From NCBI GenBank assembly GCA_027319585.1, contig DAHVMY010000004.1, forward strand, positions 1,427-65,426: 64,000 nucleotides of DNA. The letters run 5' to 3'. How positions within the stretch are numbered: the stretch's first letter is position 1; each line of letters starts with the position of its first letter. The translations under genes were made by a program, and so were the position numbers. Positions 21,899 through 31,214 of this stretch are shown piece after piece. The notes beneath the pieces were generated by a model. It worked only from the letters and a program-made list of their open reading frames with translations. It made no database searches and was not told the origin of the DNA. The DNA comes from Candidatus Dormiibacterota bacterium (lineage in GTDB: Bacteria > Chloroflexota > Dormibacteria > Aeolococcales > Bog-877).

Positions 21899-23035
21899 TC
21901 ATGCCGAAGGAACTGTAAGGGATAGCTGCTTGGTGGCCCCCGCCTGGTAGACGCTTAGCGTGAGGCGAGCTGCCGCCCCGAACGACTGGAGCTGGTCAGA
22001 GAGGTCCGGGAACGCCGGGTCGGCCAATCCCCGCAGGGAGCTGCCGTTGATGGCGGTCACCACCTCCCCCACCTTCAAGCCCGCCTGATAGGCGGCCGAG
22101 CCCGGACTGACCGCCAGGACCTCGGCTCCCGAAGGGAGCCCGGCGGCGGCCGCCGCCGCCGGATCCAACCAGGCGGTCACCAGACCGAGCGGGACCGGAG
22201 GAGTCCCGGTGGTCGAGACCGCGTTCACCAGGGTCGCCGCATCCACCGCGTCGAGTGCGAAGCCGAACGCCCCGGTGTCGGCTCCCACCTCCCTCGGCGC
22301 CATCCGCTGCCCGGTCTGGATCCCGATCACCTGCCCCGAGCCGTTGACCAGCGGGCCGCCCGAACTACCCGGTGGCTCGGGAGCGTCGGTGCGCAGGAGG
22401 CCATCGATGAGCGAGGTCCCGGAAGGCACGGCTGGGTCCGGCACCGAGGCGGTGACGCCGACTTGACTCACAGTGCCGATCTCCGCCGCCGTCGTGCCAC
22501 CGAATGGGACCGAGATGGCAATTGCGGGAGCACCCAGCTGGACCGAGGACGCGAACGAGAGTGGCTTGGGCAGGGAGGTGGACTCGACCTGGAGCACCAC
22601 CACACCCGTCGACGGGTCCGCCGTCGCTATCGCGGCGGAAAGTACCTGGCCGTCGGCCAGGATCACCTCCACTCCCGAGGCGCCGGCCACCGCCCCCTCG
22701 CTGGTCACGATCAGGCCGCCCGAGCTGGCGACGAATCCGTTGGAGGTGTCGGAAGCCGTCGGCGCGGCTGCGCTCGACGGCTCGCGCACCACGTCGACGA
22801 CCGAGGATGCCACCGCTGCCACCACCGAGCTCAGCGGCACCGTCGAGGTCCCGCCGCCACCGCTCGGCGAGCGCACGGTGACCGTCGCCGGCGCGGTGGC
22901 GTCCAGGTGGCGGGAGAGCAGGTAACCACCCGCCCCGCCCACCACGACCCCCACCACCGCTGCGGTCACGGCCACGGCGGCCAGCCGCAGGGCGACAGGG
23001 CGGTTGGTGGGGCTGGATCCCGGAGAATCGATCAC
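21899..23035 (-). CDS. HtrA/S1C-like membrane protein with PDZ domain, probably inactive
   Basis: N-terminal TM segment, TDAPEPPGSSGGPLVN, C-terminal PDZ (GLKVGEVVTAING); catalytic His and Asp are missing. Confidence 0.8.
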   Translation of the reverse strand: MIDSPGSSPTNRPVALRLAAVAVTAAVVGVVVGGAGGYLLSRHLDATAPATVTVRSPSGGGGTSTVPLSSVVAAVASSVVDVVREPSSAAAPTASDTSNGFVASSGGLIVTSEGAVAGASGVEVILADGQVLSAAIATADPSTGVVVLQVESTSLPKPLSFASSVQLGAPAIAISVPFGGTTAAEIGTVSQVGVTASVPDPAVPSGTSLIDGLLRTDAPEPPGSSGGPLVNGSGQVIGIQTGQRMAPREVGADTGAFGFALDAVDAATLVNAVSTTGTPPVPLGLVTAWLDPAAAAAAGLPSGAEVLAVSPGSAAYQAGLKVGEVVTAINGSSLRGLADPAFPDLSDQLQSFGAAARLTLSVYQAGATKQLSLTVPSA

Positions 23036-23481
23036 GTGGGGTACCAGGTGAGCACGAGTTGATCTGTGGGGGCGAATCCGGCCTTTCGGTAGACGGCGAC
23101 CGCGGCCGGGTTGTCGGCCCTGGTCCAGACGCAGGCGAAGGTCACCTGGCGGGATCTGAAGAGAGTGGTCGCCTCGGCAACCAGGCGTTCACCAAGGCCT
23201 TGGCCACGCGCCTCCGGGACCACGTAGAGCTCCGCCACCTCCCCCTCCAGCCCAGTGCCGGGGTCGAAGATCACACACCAGCAGAACCCCAGCAGGCGCC
23301 CCCGATCCCGAGCTGCGAAGACGTGGTTCTCACCGCGAAACGACTCCCTGGTCGGGGGGAGCCAGGCATCCAGTGCGGCCCTCGACGGTTTGTCCTCCTG
23401 GGGATGGTCGGACTCCAAGAGGTCGAGCAAGAGCGGCCGAACCGAGTCCAGTTCCAGCGGGGCCAAGCGGACGATCTCCAC
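23032..23481 (-). CDS. GNAT-family acetyltransferase
   Basis: LYVVPEARGQGLG and AVAVYRKAGF motifs; TAGGAT 6 nt before the GTG start. Confidence 0.9.
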   Translation of the reverse strand: MEIVRLAPLELDSVRPLLLDLLESDHPQEDKPSRAALDAWLPPTRESFRGENHVFAARDRGRLLGFCWCVIFDPGTGLEGEVAELYVVPEARGQGLGERLVAEATTLFRSRQVTFACVWTRADNPAAVAVYRKAGFAPTDQLVLTWYPT

Positions 23482-23507
23482 CAGATCATCCTAAGCTGCC
23501 CCCAACC

Positions 23508-24950
23508 TCAGAGCGGCTGGCCCTCGCCGGCTTCAAAGTAATCCGGGGCAGGCTCGGTGCGAGCAACCCCGGTCGTGAGCGCCGCCCGGGCCACGGCGCG
23601 GGCCACGGCCATGTGCACACGAGGATCCAGTGAGTCCGGCACCACCTCGCCGTCCCTCGCCTGGGCCGCGATGGCCAGGGCGGCCGCCACATACATCTCG
23701 GTGTTGAACTGGCGGGCGCGGGTGTCGAGCGCCCCCCGGTAGAGGCCCGGGAACCCCAATAGGTTGTTCACGACCGCGCCATCCACGGCGAGGGCGGCCC
23801 CCGCCGCCATCGCCCGCGCCGGTTCGATCTCAGGGATGGGGTTGGAGATGGCGAAGATGATCTGGCCCGGTCGAATCTGCTCCGGGCGCAGCAGGCCCGG
23901 CTGGGCGGTCGCCGCGATGACCACGTCACACCGGCCCAGGAGCTCATCCAGCTCCACCGCTCTTCCCCCGGCCTGACGCAGCCGCTCCAGCGAGTCGGGG
24001 GTCCGGCCGGTTCCCAGAACCTCCTTCCCCTGGTGGTGCATGAGCAGCTGCGCGATCGCCGACCCCGCCGCCCCCAGCCCCACCACACCGGCGGTGAGAT
24101 CCTGCAACCGATGACCGGTCATGGCCGCGGCCCGCAGCACCGCCGCCAGGACCACGGTCGCGGTCCCGTGCTGGTCGTCGTGCATCACCGGGATATCCAC
24201 GCGGCCCTGGAGAGCGGGCGTGATCTCGAAGCAGTGGGGGGCCGCGAAGTCCTCCAGCTGGATCGCACCAAAGGTGGCGCTGATGCGCACCAGGGCATCC
24301 ACGATCTCGCTCGGCGGACCGGGCTCGATCAGCAAGGGATACGCCGAGATGCCGACCATCTGGGCCATCAGTGCGCACTTGCCCTCGATCACGGGCATCC
24401 CGGCGACCGGCCCTATGTTGCCCAACCCCAGCACCGCAGTCCCGTCCGTCACCACCGCCACCGAATTGGCGATCCCGGTGTAGTGGTCCGCCACTGTCGG
24501 GTCACCCTCGATCAGGCGGCAGACCTCCGCGACCCCGGGGGTGTAGACGTGGCGCAGGTCGGCGACCGAGCGCACCGGGTATCTGGGTTTGATCTCGAGC
24601 TTGCCCCCGAGGTGGACGCGCAGGACCTCGTCCCGGACATCGAGCAGTTGGGTCTCGGGAATCTCCCGGATCGCGGCCAGCACCTGCTCCAGCATCTCCA
24701 GATCGGTGGTGCTCACATCCATGTCCCGAACCACGTTGCGCGATCCCCGTTCCACCGTTCGGATGTCGCCGAGGTTGCCGCCGGCTCTCCCGATCGCGGT
24801 CGCCACCTCGCCGAGGACCCCGGGATGGTTCTCATTGCGCAGGCGCAGGGTGCGCACTATCCGGTAGTGCGATCCCGAGGATGATGCCTGCCCGCCCTCG
24901 GTGGGGAACGCGGAATGGGTGACTTCCCCCGTCACCAGGTCGGCTGCCAT
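23508..24950 (-). CDS. NAD(P)-dependent malic enzyme with N-terminal ACT domain
   Basis: NHPGVLGEV (ACT), VYTPGVA, VVTDGTAVLGLGNIG, QLEDF, HDDQHGTA, GLGAAG and NNLLGFPG motifs. Confidence 0.92.
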   Translation of the reverse strand: MAADLVTGEVTHSAFPTEGGQASSSGSHYRIVRTLRLRNENHPGVLGEVATAIGRAGGNLGDIRTVERGSRNVVRDMDVSTTDLEMLEQVLAAIREIPETQLLDVRDEVLRVHLGGKLEIKPRYPVRSVADLRHVYTPGVAEVCRLIEGDPTVADHYTGIANSVAVVTDGTAVLGLGNIGPVAGMPVIEGKCALMAQMVGISAYPLLIEPGPPSEIVDALVRISATFGAIQLEDFAAPHCFEITPALQGRVDIPVMHDDQHGTATVVLAAVLRAAAMTGHRLQDLTAGVVGLGAAGSAIAQLLMHHQGKEVLGTGRTPDSLERLRQAGGRAVELDELLGRCDVVIAATAQPGLLRPEQIRPGQIIFAISNPIPEIEPARAMAAGAALAVDGAVVNNLLGFPGLYRGALDTRARQFNTEMYVAAALAIAAQARDGEVVPDSLDPRVHMAVARAVARAALTTGVARTEPAPDYFEAGEGQPL

Positions 24951-25084
24951 TGTGCCTTGAGCCCCCATCTGGCGTTAGTTGCTTGCTTGGGTACCACCCT
25001 TGGACGGTACCGCCTCAGATGGTACTGGCGCGCCACGGGGCCCGGCCAAGAGGCTGGGGGCGGCCCGAAGCCGCCCCAGCCTTG

Positions 25085-25936
25085 TCACCTCTCGATCGGA
25101 GCCCGGACCAGACTGCCCCACTCGGTCCAGGAGCCGTCGTAGTTGCGCACCCTCGGATACCCGAGCAGCTCGGACAGGACGAACCAGGTGTGTGCGGAGC
25201 GCTCCCCGATCCGGCAGTAGGCCACGATCTCGCGGTCTGGGGTGATTCCCTCAGCCGTGTACAGGGCGCGCAGCCGGTCGGCGTCCAGGAAGGTCTCCTG
25301 GTCGGGGTCCACAGCTCGGCTCCAGGGGATGTTCTTGGCTCCCGGGATGTGGCCGCCACGCTGGGCCCCCTCGCCGGGCAGGTTGTCGGGAGCCAACTTC
25401 GCCCCCGAGTACTCCTCCGGGGACCGCACGTCCACCAGGCCGACCTGCGAGCGGCCCAGGAACTCCGAGAGGATCTGGTCGCGGTAGGCGCGGATCTCCT
25501 CGCGCTGACCGGGCACCGGGTAACCCTCTCCGGGCTGCGGGGTAGCGGGCTCGGTAACCAGTGGCCGACCGTCCAACTCCCACTTCCGCCGGCCCCCGTT
25601 CAGAAGCTGCACCAGATCGTGGCCGTAGTACCTGAAGTACCAGTAGGCGTAGGCCGCGAACCAGTTCTTGTTCCCGCCGTAGAGGACGACCCGGGTGTGG
25701 GGGCCGATTCCCAAGCGATCCATCAGCGCCGCGAAGGCCTCGGGGCCGATGAAGTCCCGGGCTACCGGGTCCTGAAGGTCGTTCTTCCAGTGCAGACCTA
25801 CCGAGCCCGGGATGTGTCCCCTCTGATAGGCCTCGGTATCCTCGTCCACGTCGAGAACCCGCAGGTCGGGGTCATGGAGATGCTCCGCCAACCAGGCGGT
25901 GCTGACCAGGGCGTCAGGCTTGGAATATTGAGGCAT
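25085..25936 (-). CDS. Tandem-domain sulfurtransferase (rhodanese; CysA/SseA-like)
   Basis: GHIPG (twice), LVDVRSPEEY, YCRIGERS and NYDGSWTEWG motifs. Confidence 0.94.
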   Translation of the reverse strand: MPQYSKPDALVSTAWLAEHLHDPDLRVLDVDEDTEAYQRGHIPGSVGLHWKNDLQDPVARDFIGPEAFAALMDRLGIGPHTRVVLYGGNKNWFAAYAYWYFRYYGHDLVQLLNGGRRKWELDGRPLVTEPATPQPGEGYPVPGQREEIRAYRDQILSEFLGRSQVGLVDVRSPEEYSGAKLAPDNLPGEGAQRGGHIPGAKNIPWSRAVDPDQETFLDADRLRALYTAEGITPDREIVAYCRIGERSAHTWFVLSELLGYPRVRNYDGSWTEWGSLVRAPIER

Positions 25937-25943
25937 GGATGTG

Positions 25944-26117
25944 CTCCGGTGAAAACGGCTGACGAAGTCCGGACCGGCCGCGGCACGAGTCCGGCGAGCG
26001 AATGGACGGCGGCGGGCCTGCCGGTCGGCTAGGGGCGCTCCAATGCGCCGACCGGCAGCGCGGTACATCGCCGCCGACCCCCAGTCGAGCCGCTATCCAA
26101 TCTGAGGCTCACCGGAA
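25944..26117 (-). promoter_or_regulatory. Structured 5' leader of the sulfurtransferase (candidate cis-regulatory RNA)
   Basis: Perfect 12-bp stem 26018-26029/26047-26058; 8-bp long-range helix 26109-26116/25945-25952 covering the GGAG RBS. Confidence 0.5.
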
Positions 26118-26131
26118 GATGATACCGCGTT

Positions 26132-26162
26132 ACCATACATCCCTTCTAATTTGTATGGTCAA
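26132..26162 (-). promoter_or_regulatory. Promoter with palindromic operator ACCATACA-N12-TGTATGGT
   Basis: TTGACC-N19-TATGGT on the minus strand, overlaid by a perfect 8-bp inverted repeat. Confidence 0.6.
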
Positions 26163-27745
26163 GCGGCCAGGACCTTGGTCACTGCTTCGGCCAGCTGACG
26201 CGACTGCAACTGTCCCAGGATCAAGGACGAGATCTCCCCGTCTGGATCGATGAAGACCGCCACGGGCAAGCCGGGGAGGCCGTACTCCTGAATGATCTGG
26301 CCGCTGCGGTCCAGCAGGCTGGGCAAGCGGATGCCCAGCTGGTGGAGGAAATGCGACGCGGTCGTCGCCGATTGCTGGTCGTTGACGAGCAGGACCCGCA
26401 GGCCGCGGCCCTCGTACTTGCGCGCGGCGGCCGCGACCAGGCCCATGTCGGCCTTGCAATTCGTGCACCAGCTCGCCCAGAAGTCCAGCATCACCGGGTG
26501 CCCGCGCAGCTTGGAGAGGGTGACCGTCGCGCCCGAAGTTGACGGCAGGGTGAAGTTCGGCGCCGGGTGCCCCGGCACTGCCTGCGAGGTCTTGGGGAAG
26601 GCGTTCACGGCGCGCTGCTGCTGGAGCAGCGGCGTGATCGCCTGGTAGACCGTCCGCGGGGTCCAGGAGCCTCCCGTCCGAAGCTCCGTACGTCCCTGCG
26701 AGTCCAGGTAGCGGTAGATCGTGGTCGGAACGGCGGTCGGGCTCAGCGTCGGCTGCGACTGCATCACCGTCACCACGTACCCCTGGGGGTCGATCACCTC
26801 CAGCACCGAGGCGTGGATGAGGTTGAACGGCTCCTTCTTGCCGGTGAACAAATCGGTCGGCGCTGGCCCACCCCACGGCAGCGCCTGCACGGGCGGCACT
26901 CCGAGCTCTGACCAGAAGGAATCCACCGCCTCCGTCGAGCCGGTCAGCAATGGCCAGGGGAGCGAGAAGTAGCGCTGGTACTTGCGCAGGATGGCAGGGG
27001 TGTCGTCGGCCGGATCCTGGGTCGCCTCCAGAATCTGCACCTGGGCCGCCAGCCCATGCTGCACCAGCATCGCGTGGAGCTGCAGCAGGGCAGCTGCGAC
27101 CAAGGGACAGGTCTCCTGACACTCGGTCAGAAAGCTGGCCAGGACCACCACCTTGCCCCGGTACTGGCTGAGCGTGACCGGTTTCCCCTGTTGGTTCACA
27201 AAGGTGGTGGCGGGCAGCCTCTGGATCTGCCTGGACGCCAGGGCGAGTCCGAAGGTGACCTGGCTGTTGCCGCCATATACGGCCACCTTGCCAAGCCCGT
27301 GCGTTCCCAGTTGGAACGTGAACAGCACCGGTGTGGTCTGGCCGCTGGCGATCCGAAAGCCCACGTTGCGCTCCACCTGCCGGCGTCCGCCGGCGGTGGC
27401 CAGGTCGAAGCGGATCTGACTGTAGCTGCCGGGGGCGACGCTGGTCTGCAGGATGGTCGCGGTGTTGGGCGCCAGGTAGGAGCCGGGCAGCCTGAGGTCC
27501 ACCTCAGGAAAATCGAGGGCGCTCCAGCTGCCTCCGGTCGCCGCTCCCTCGAGCTGCACCCCCACGATCGGGACGGACACGGCCGTCGGCGGATGGGGAG
27601 CTGGCTTGGTGACGCTGGCCAGCAGCAGGAGGCGGCCAGGAGAGGGGTTGGAGTGGGTGCTGAGAGCGAACGCGACCGCGGCCACGAGGACGGCGGCGGT
27701 CGCGATCGCGCCCACGACTCGGAGCCGGGGTCCCCTGACCCTCAT
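26159..27745 (-). CDS. Membrane-anchored SCO-family / TlpA-like thioredoxin fusion protein
   Basis: TM anchor, beta-rich domain, SCO domain (TECQETCP, IHAS) and TlpA domain (DFWASWCTNC, GLP). Confidence 0.85.
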   Translation of the reverse strand: MRVRGPRLRVVGAIATAAVLVAAVAFALSTHSNPSPGRLLLLASVTKPAPHPPTAVSVPIVGVQLEGAATGGSWSALDFPEVDLRLPGSYLAPNTATILQTSVAPGSYSQIRFDLATAGGRRQVERNVGFRIASGQTTPVLFTFQLGTHGLGKVAVYGGNSQVTFGLALASRQIQRLPATTFVNQQGKPVTLSQYRGKVVVLASFLTECQETCPLVAAALLQLHAMLVQHGLAAQVQILEATQDPADDTPAILRKYQRYFSLPWPLLTGSTEAVDSFWSELGVPPVQALPWGGPAPTDLFTGKKEPFNLIHASVLEVIDPQGYVVTVMQSQPTLSPTAVPTTIYRYLDSQGRTELRTGGSWTPRTVYQAITPLLQQQRAVNAFPKTSQAVPGHPAPNFTLPSTSGATVTLSKLRGHPVMLDFWASWCTNCKADMGLVAAAARKYEGRGLRVLLVNDQQSATTASHFLHQLGIRLPSLLDRSGQIIQEYGLPGLPVAVFIDPDGEISSLILGQLQSRQLAEAVTKVLAA

Positions 27746-27781
27746 GTCATCGCCCCGGCCGCCCGCACCATCGGTGTCTGG

Positions 27782-28138
27782 TCAGCCCCGCTTCCACTCC
27801 GCGTGCTTGCGAAACAGCCCGCCCTCGCCGAGGTGGAACCAGCGCTCCTCCTGGTATGCCGGCAACTGCTCCACGCCGGCGGGATCCAGATCCGTGTGCA
27901 CCGCGCTCAGGGTGATCTTGGTGACGTGGTCCGCGGTCACCTCGGCGATCCGGCCGCCGTTGGCCAGCTTGACCGCGAGGCCGTGGAAGATGTCCTCGGC
28001 CTCATCCCCGAGCAGAGATTCGGTGGTGCCGAAGCTCTGGCCCTGGCTGTCGAGAATCGGCGCGTGGTAGGGGGTCCTGATCCAGGCCACCTGCTGCTCA
28101 TCGGGGCCGACGGGCAGCTGCTCTGCGGAATCGTCCAT
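27782..28138 (-). CDS. Hypothetical protein (PRC-barrel-like)
   Basis: Acidic 118-aa ORF with RBS-like GAGGAGG upstream; ILDSQGQSFGT...FHGLAV pattern. Confidence 0.6.
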   Translation of the reverse strand: MDDSAEQLPVGPDEQQVAWIRTPYHAPILDSQGQSFGTTESLLGDEAEDIFHGLAVKLANGGRIAEVTADHVTKITLSAVHTDLDPAGVEQLPAYQEERWFHLGEGGLFRKHAEWKRG

Positions 28139-28228
28139 CTCAGCTTGGCCTCCTCATGTTGGGCTCAGATTCCGATGCTACGGCAGGGGCCGCCCGGAAG
28201 CCCGATCAGTGTTGCCTGCCGGGCTGGC

Positions 28229-29293
28229 TCAGGAGGCGCTGGCGGGCAGGCTCGCCAAGACCACCGAGATCGTGATCCTGGTGCCGTCGGGCTCCTTGAC
28301 GCCGAGGCGCACGGTCTGGCCCGGGCTCAGGTTGGCCAGGGCATCCGTCAGGTCCTGGACAGACGGGGTGGCCTTGCCATCGATCGAGGTGATGACGTCA
28401 TGGACCTTCAGCCCGGCCCGGCTGACAGCGGCCCGGGTGATCTTCACCACCAGGACCCCGGCCGGCTCGCCCTGGCTGTTGGTCACCTGCTCGACATCGA
28501 TTCCGATGAACGCACGGCCTGAGTTGACCACCTTGCCGTACTTGACGATCTGCCCAGCGATGTTGGTGACCACGTTGCTGGGGATCGCGAACCCGATTCC
28601 CGGCGCCTGGCTGCTGCCGAGCTGGGGGTCCAGAGCAGCCAGGGTGGGAATGCCGACAACCTGTCCCTCCAGGTCCACCAGCGCTCCCCCGCTGTTGCCC
28701 GGGTTGATCGGAGCGCTGGTCTGGATCACGTCGGGGAGGGTGACCCCGTTGGGCTCACTGACGGTGCGCCCAACCGCAGACACGATCCCTTCCGTGGCCG
28801 AGCTCTGGAAGCCGAGGGGGTTGCCGATGGCCATCACGATATCCCCGACCTGCAGCTGCGAGGAGTCCGCGAACGTGGCGGGACGGAGGCCGCTGGCGCT
28901 GATGTGGATCACCGCCAGATCGTCGCCGGGGAAGTTGTTGACCAGGGTCCCCTGATAGTTGCGCCCATTCGACAGGGTGACCGTGAAGCTCTTGAAGCCA
29001 TCGGCCACGTGGTTGTTGGTGACGATGTCGCCCTGGGAATTGAAGATGATCCCGGAGCCGAGGTCCTGCGAGGTGGAGATCTGAACCACCGAGGGGCTGA
29101 CATCCTTGTAGAGCTCCACGTAGTCGGCTTGGAGGGCCGCCAGCGCGCCCGAGAGCCCAGCGTCGGAGGCGGTGGGGCTCGGAATCTTGGCCACCTTGGG
29201 TGCCGACCCACCGGCCGTGGCACCGGCGCACCCCGCCAGCACCAGGGCCAGCAATGGCGCCGCTCCCGCCACCATCCTCCACCGTAGAGCCAT
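28229..29293 (-). CDS. HtrA/S1C serine protease lipoprotein with PDZ domain
   Basis: Lipobox LAGC; intact triad TNNHV / DLAV / GNSGG; PDZ domain. Confidence 0.93.
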   Translation of the reverse strand: MALRWRMVAGAAPLLALVLAGCAGATAGGSAPKVAKIPSPTASDAGLSGALAALQADYVELYKDVSPSVVQISTSQDLGSGIIFNSQGDIVTNNHVADGFKSFTVTLSNGRNYQGTLVNNFPGDDLAVIHISASGLRPATFADSSQLQVGDIVMAIGNPLGFQSSATEGIVSAVGRTVSEPNGVTLPDVIQTSAPINPGNSGGALVDLEGQVVGIPTLAALDPQLGSSQAPGIGFAIPSNVVTNIAGQIVKYGKVVNSGRAFIGIDVEQVTNSQGEPAGVLVVKITRAAVSRAGLKVHDVITSIDGKATPSVQDLTDALANLSPGQTVRLGVKEPDGTRITISVVLASLPASAS

Positions 29294-29441
29294 GTCTGAG
29301 ACCGAGCCTCCCGTTCCTGCAGCGCGCCTGGTTCCCGCTCGACGCGGGAACTCCCAGCCTTGCCACTAACGGTACCCCAACCAGATCAGAGGAGGCTGAG
29401 GGGGATCTGAGAGGCGGCTTACGGGCGGAGTTCCCCGGCAA

Positions 29442-30203
29442 TCAGGCAGGTCTGCCTCCGTTGGCGTACAGCACCTGGCCGCTCACGTAGGCCGCATCCT
29501 CCGAGCACAAGAACGCGATGACCGCCGCGATGTCAGAGGGGGTCCCGAGCCGGCCCAACGGGATCCGCTCCCGGGCCTGGCGGTGAAACTCCTCCAGACT
29601 CATGTGCAGGCGTTCGGCGACGGCTCTGGTCATGGCGGTGTCCACAAAGCCCGGCGCGACCGAGTTGACGTTGATGTTGAAGGGGCCGAGCTCCAGCGCC
29701 AGGGTCCTGGTCAGCCCCTGAATCCCCGCCTTGGCGGTCGCGTAGTTGGCCTGCCCGCGGTTGCCCAGCGCAGAGGTCGAGGACAGGAAGACCATCTTGC
29801 CCCGACGCTGCTTCACCATGGTGCGGGACGCCGCCCGGGCGCACAGGAAGGCCCCGCGGCAGTGGACCTGGAGCACCTGGTCCCAATCCTCCAGGGGCAT
29901 CTTGTGAAGGAGGTTGTCCCGGGTCAGGCCGGCGTTGCTCACCAGGATGTCCACCCTCCCGAAGGTGTCGACCGTGCTCTGGAAGAGCGCCTCGACGCTA
30001 GCCTCGTCCTGCACGTCACAGGTGACCGGCAGCGTCCTTGGGCCGTGCTCTGCCAACCTCACCGCGACCCTGTGGGCGGCGTCCTCCACCAGATCAGCCA
30101 CGACCACGCTCGCCCCTTCCGCCACCAACCGCTCGCAGGTGGCCTCCCCGATCCCCTGTCCCCCTCCGGTGACCACCGCGACCTGCCCTTCGAACCGCTC
30201 CAT
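29442..30203 (-). CDS. SDR oxidoreductase (FabG-like)
   Basis: TGGGQGIG, SNAG, YATAK and NSVAPG motifs. Confidence 0.92.
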   Translation of the reverse strand: MERFEGQVAVVTGGGQGIGEATCERLVAEGASVVVADLVEDAAHRVAVRLAEHGPRTLPVTCDVQDEASVEALFQSTVDTFGRVDILVSNAGLTRDNLLHKMPLEDWDQVLQVHCRGAFLCARAASRTMVKQRRGKMVFLSSTSALGNRGQANYATAKAGIQGLTRTLALELGPFNINVNSVAPGFVDTAMTRAVAERLHMSLEEFHRQARERIPLGRLGTPSDIAAVIAFLCSEDAAYVSGQVLYANGGRPA

Positions 30204-30329
30204 GCACTCACTCCTCCATGACTGAGACCAACATCAGATCCCACTCTGACAGCCCGGAGTCGCCTCGGGTCAACTTGCACACGCCCCGAGCTCCACGGGG
30301 CATCGGCCCACCAGTCGCGGGGGCGCTGG

Positions 30330-30665
30330 TCAGCTGCGGAGCCGCGCCCTCCGGGGGCCACCGCGGTCGATGCGGTGGAGCGCCGCCGCCACCAGGACCA
30401 CCAGCAGGATCACCACCAGGCCCGGCAGAACCGCCCTGGACAGCAGCCCCAAGATCGCGATCGCGAAGACCACGAGGATGCCCAGGCGGAGCAGGCCATG
30501 CCCCAGCAGCACCGCCCAGACGACCACCCCGATCGGGGGCAGCACGAGAAGGAACAGGCCGGTCAGCAATCGCTCCCGGAACGGCACGCCGCGCTGGAGG
30601 ATGGTGTCGAACACGGCGTAGATCCACACCACCAGGAAGATCAAGAAGGTGATGGAGAAGGGCAT
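30330..30665 (-). CDS. Small membrane protein
   Basis: Four hydrophobic segments; the N-terminus (WIYAVFD...LPPIG) resembles PLDc_N-type domains. Confidence 0.65.
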   Translation of the reverse strand: MPFSITFLIFLVVWIYAVFDTILQRGVPFRERLLTGLFLLVLPPIGVVVWAVLLGHGLLRLGILVVFAIAILGLLSRAVLPGLVVILLVVLVAAALHRIDRGGPRRARLRS

Positions 30666-30800
30666 CGCATCCGCAGTCTACGCCGAACGGCCGCTGGGTG
30701 GACCAGCGTTCGTCGCGACCTCGTTGCCGAATGTCCACCTCACCCGAAGGAGCCTTTGGTAACCTTGCTCGCCGTGGGCAAGCTCTACGATCTGTCTGGG

Positions 30801-31214
30801 ATGAGCCTGGGGCCGGCGGATGAACTGGTCCGCGAGCACGCACAGCGCGTGGTCCTGTTCGGGTTCGTCGGCCTGGTGGGTGCTGCCACCACCATCTTCG
30901 GGACCGCCCTCCTCTACCACCACCTCTTTCTGCTGCCGCTCTGGCTGGCATCGGGCATCGCGATTCAGACCGCGATCGCGGTCACCTTCACCCTCAACTC
31001 CCTGCTCACCTGGCGGGATCGTCAGACCGACAACATCCGGCGGCGGGCCGTGACCTTCGAGGCGGTCTCCCTGGTGGGGCTGGCGATCCAGGAGGCCGCC
31101 CTCCTGATCGGGACGGACAAGCTCCACCTCTTCTACCTGCTGGCGCTGACGATCGGCATCGGCCTGGCCGCGATCTGGAACTACCTGGTGAACAACAAGG
31201 TCACCTTCGGCTGA
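30801..31214 (+). CDS. GtrA-family membrane protein
   Basis: FGFVGLVG, FTLNSLLTW and WNYLVNNKVTF motifs; four TM segments. Confidence 0.88.
   Translation: MSLGPADELVREHAQRVVLFGFVGLVGAATTIFGTALLYHHLFLLPLWLASGIAIQTAIAVTFTLNSLLTWRDRQTDNIRRRAVTFEAVSLVGLAIQEAALLIGTDKLHLFYLLALTIGIGLAAIWNYLVNNKVTFG

Noticed and set aside
29290-30229. CCATG(T/A)CTGAGACC shared by the htrA and SDR upstream regions (29290-29303, 30216-30229)
   Set aside because: A single 13/14 match at different positions relative to the starts; plausible by chance across many intergenic pairs.
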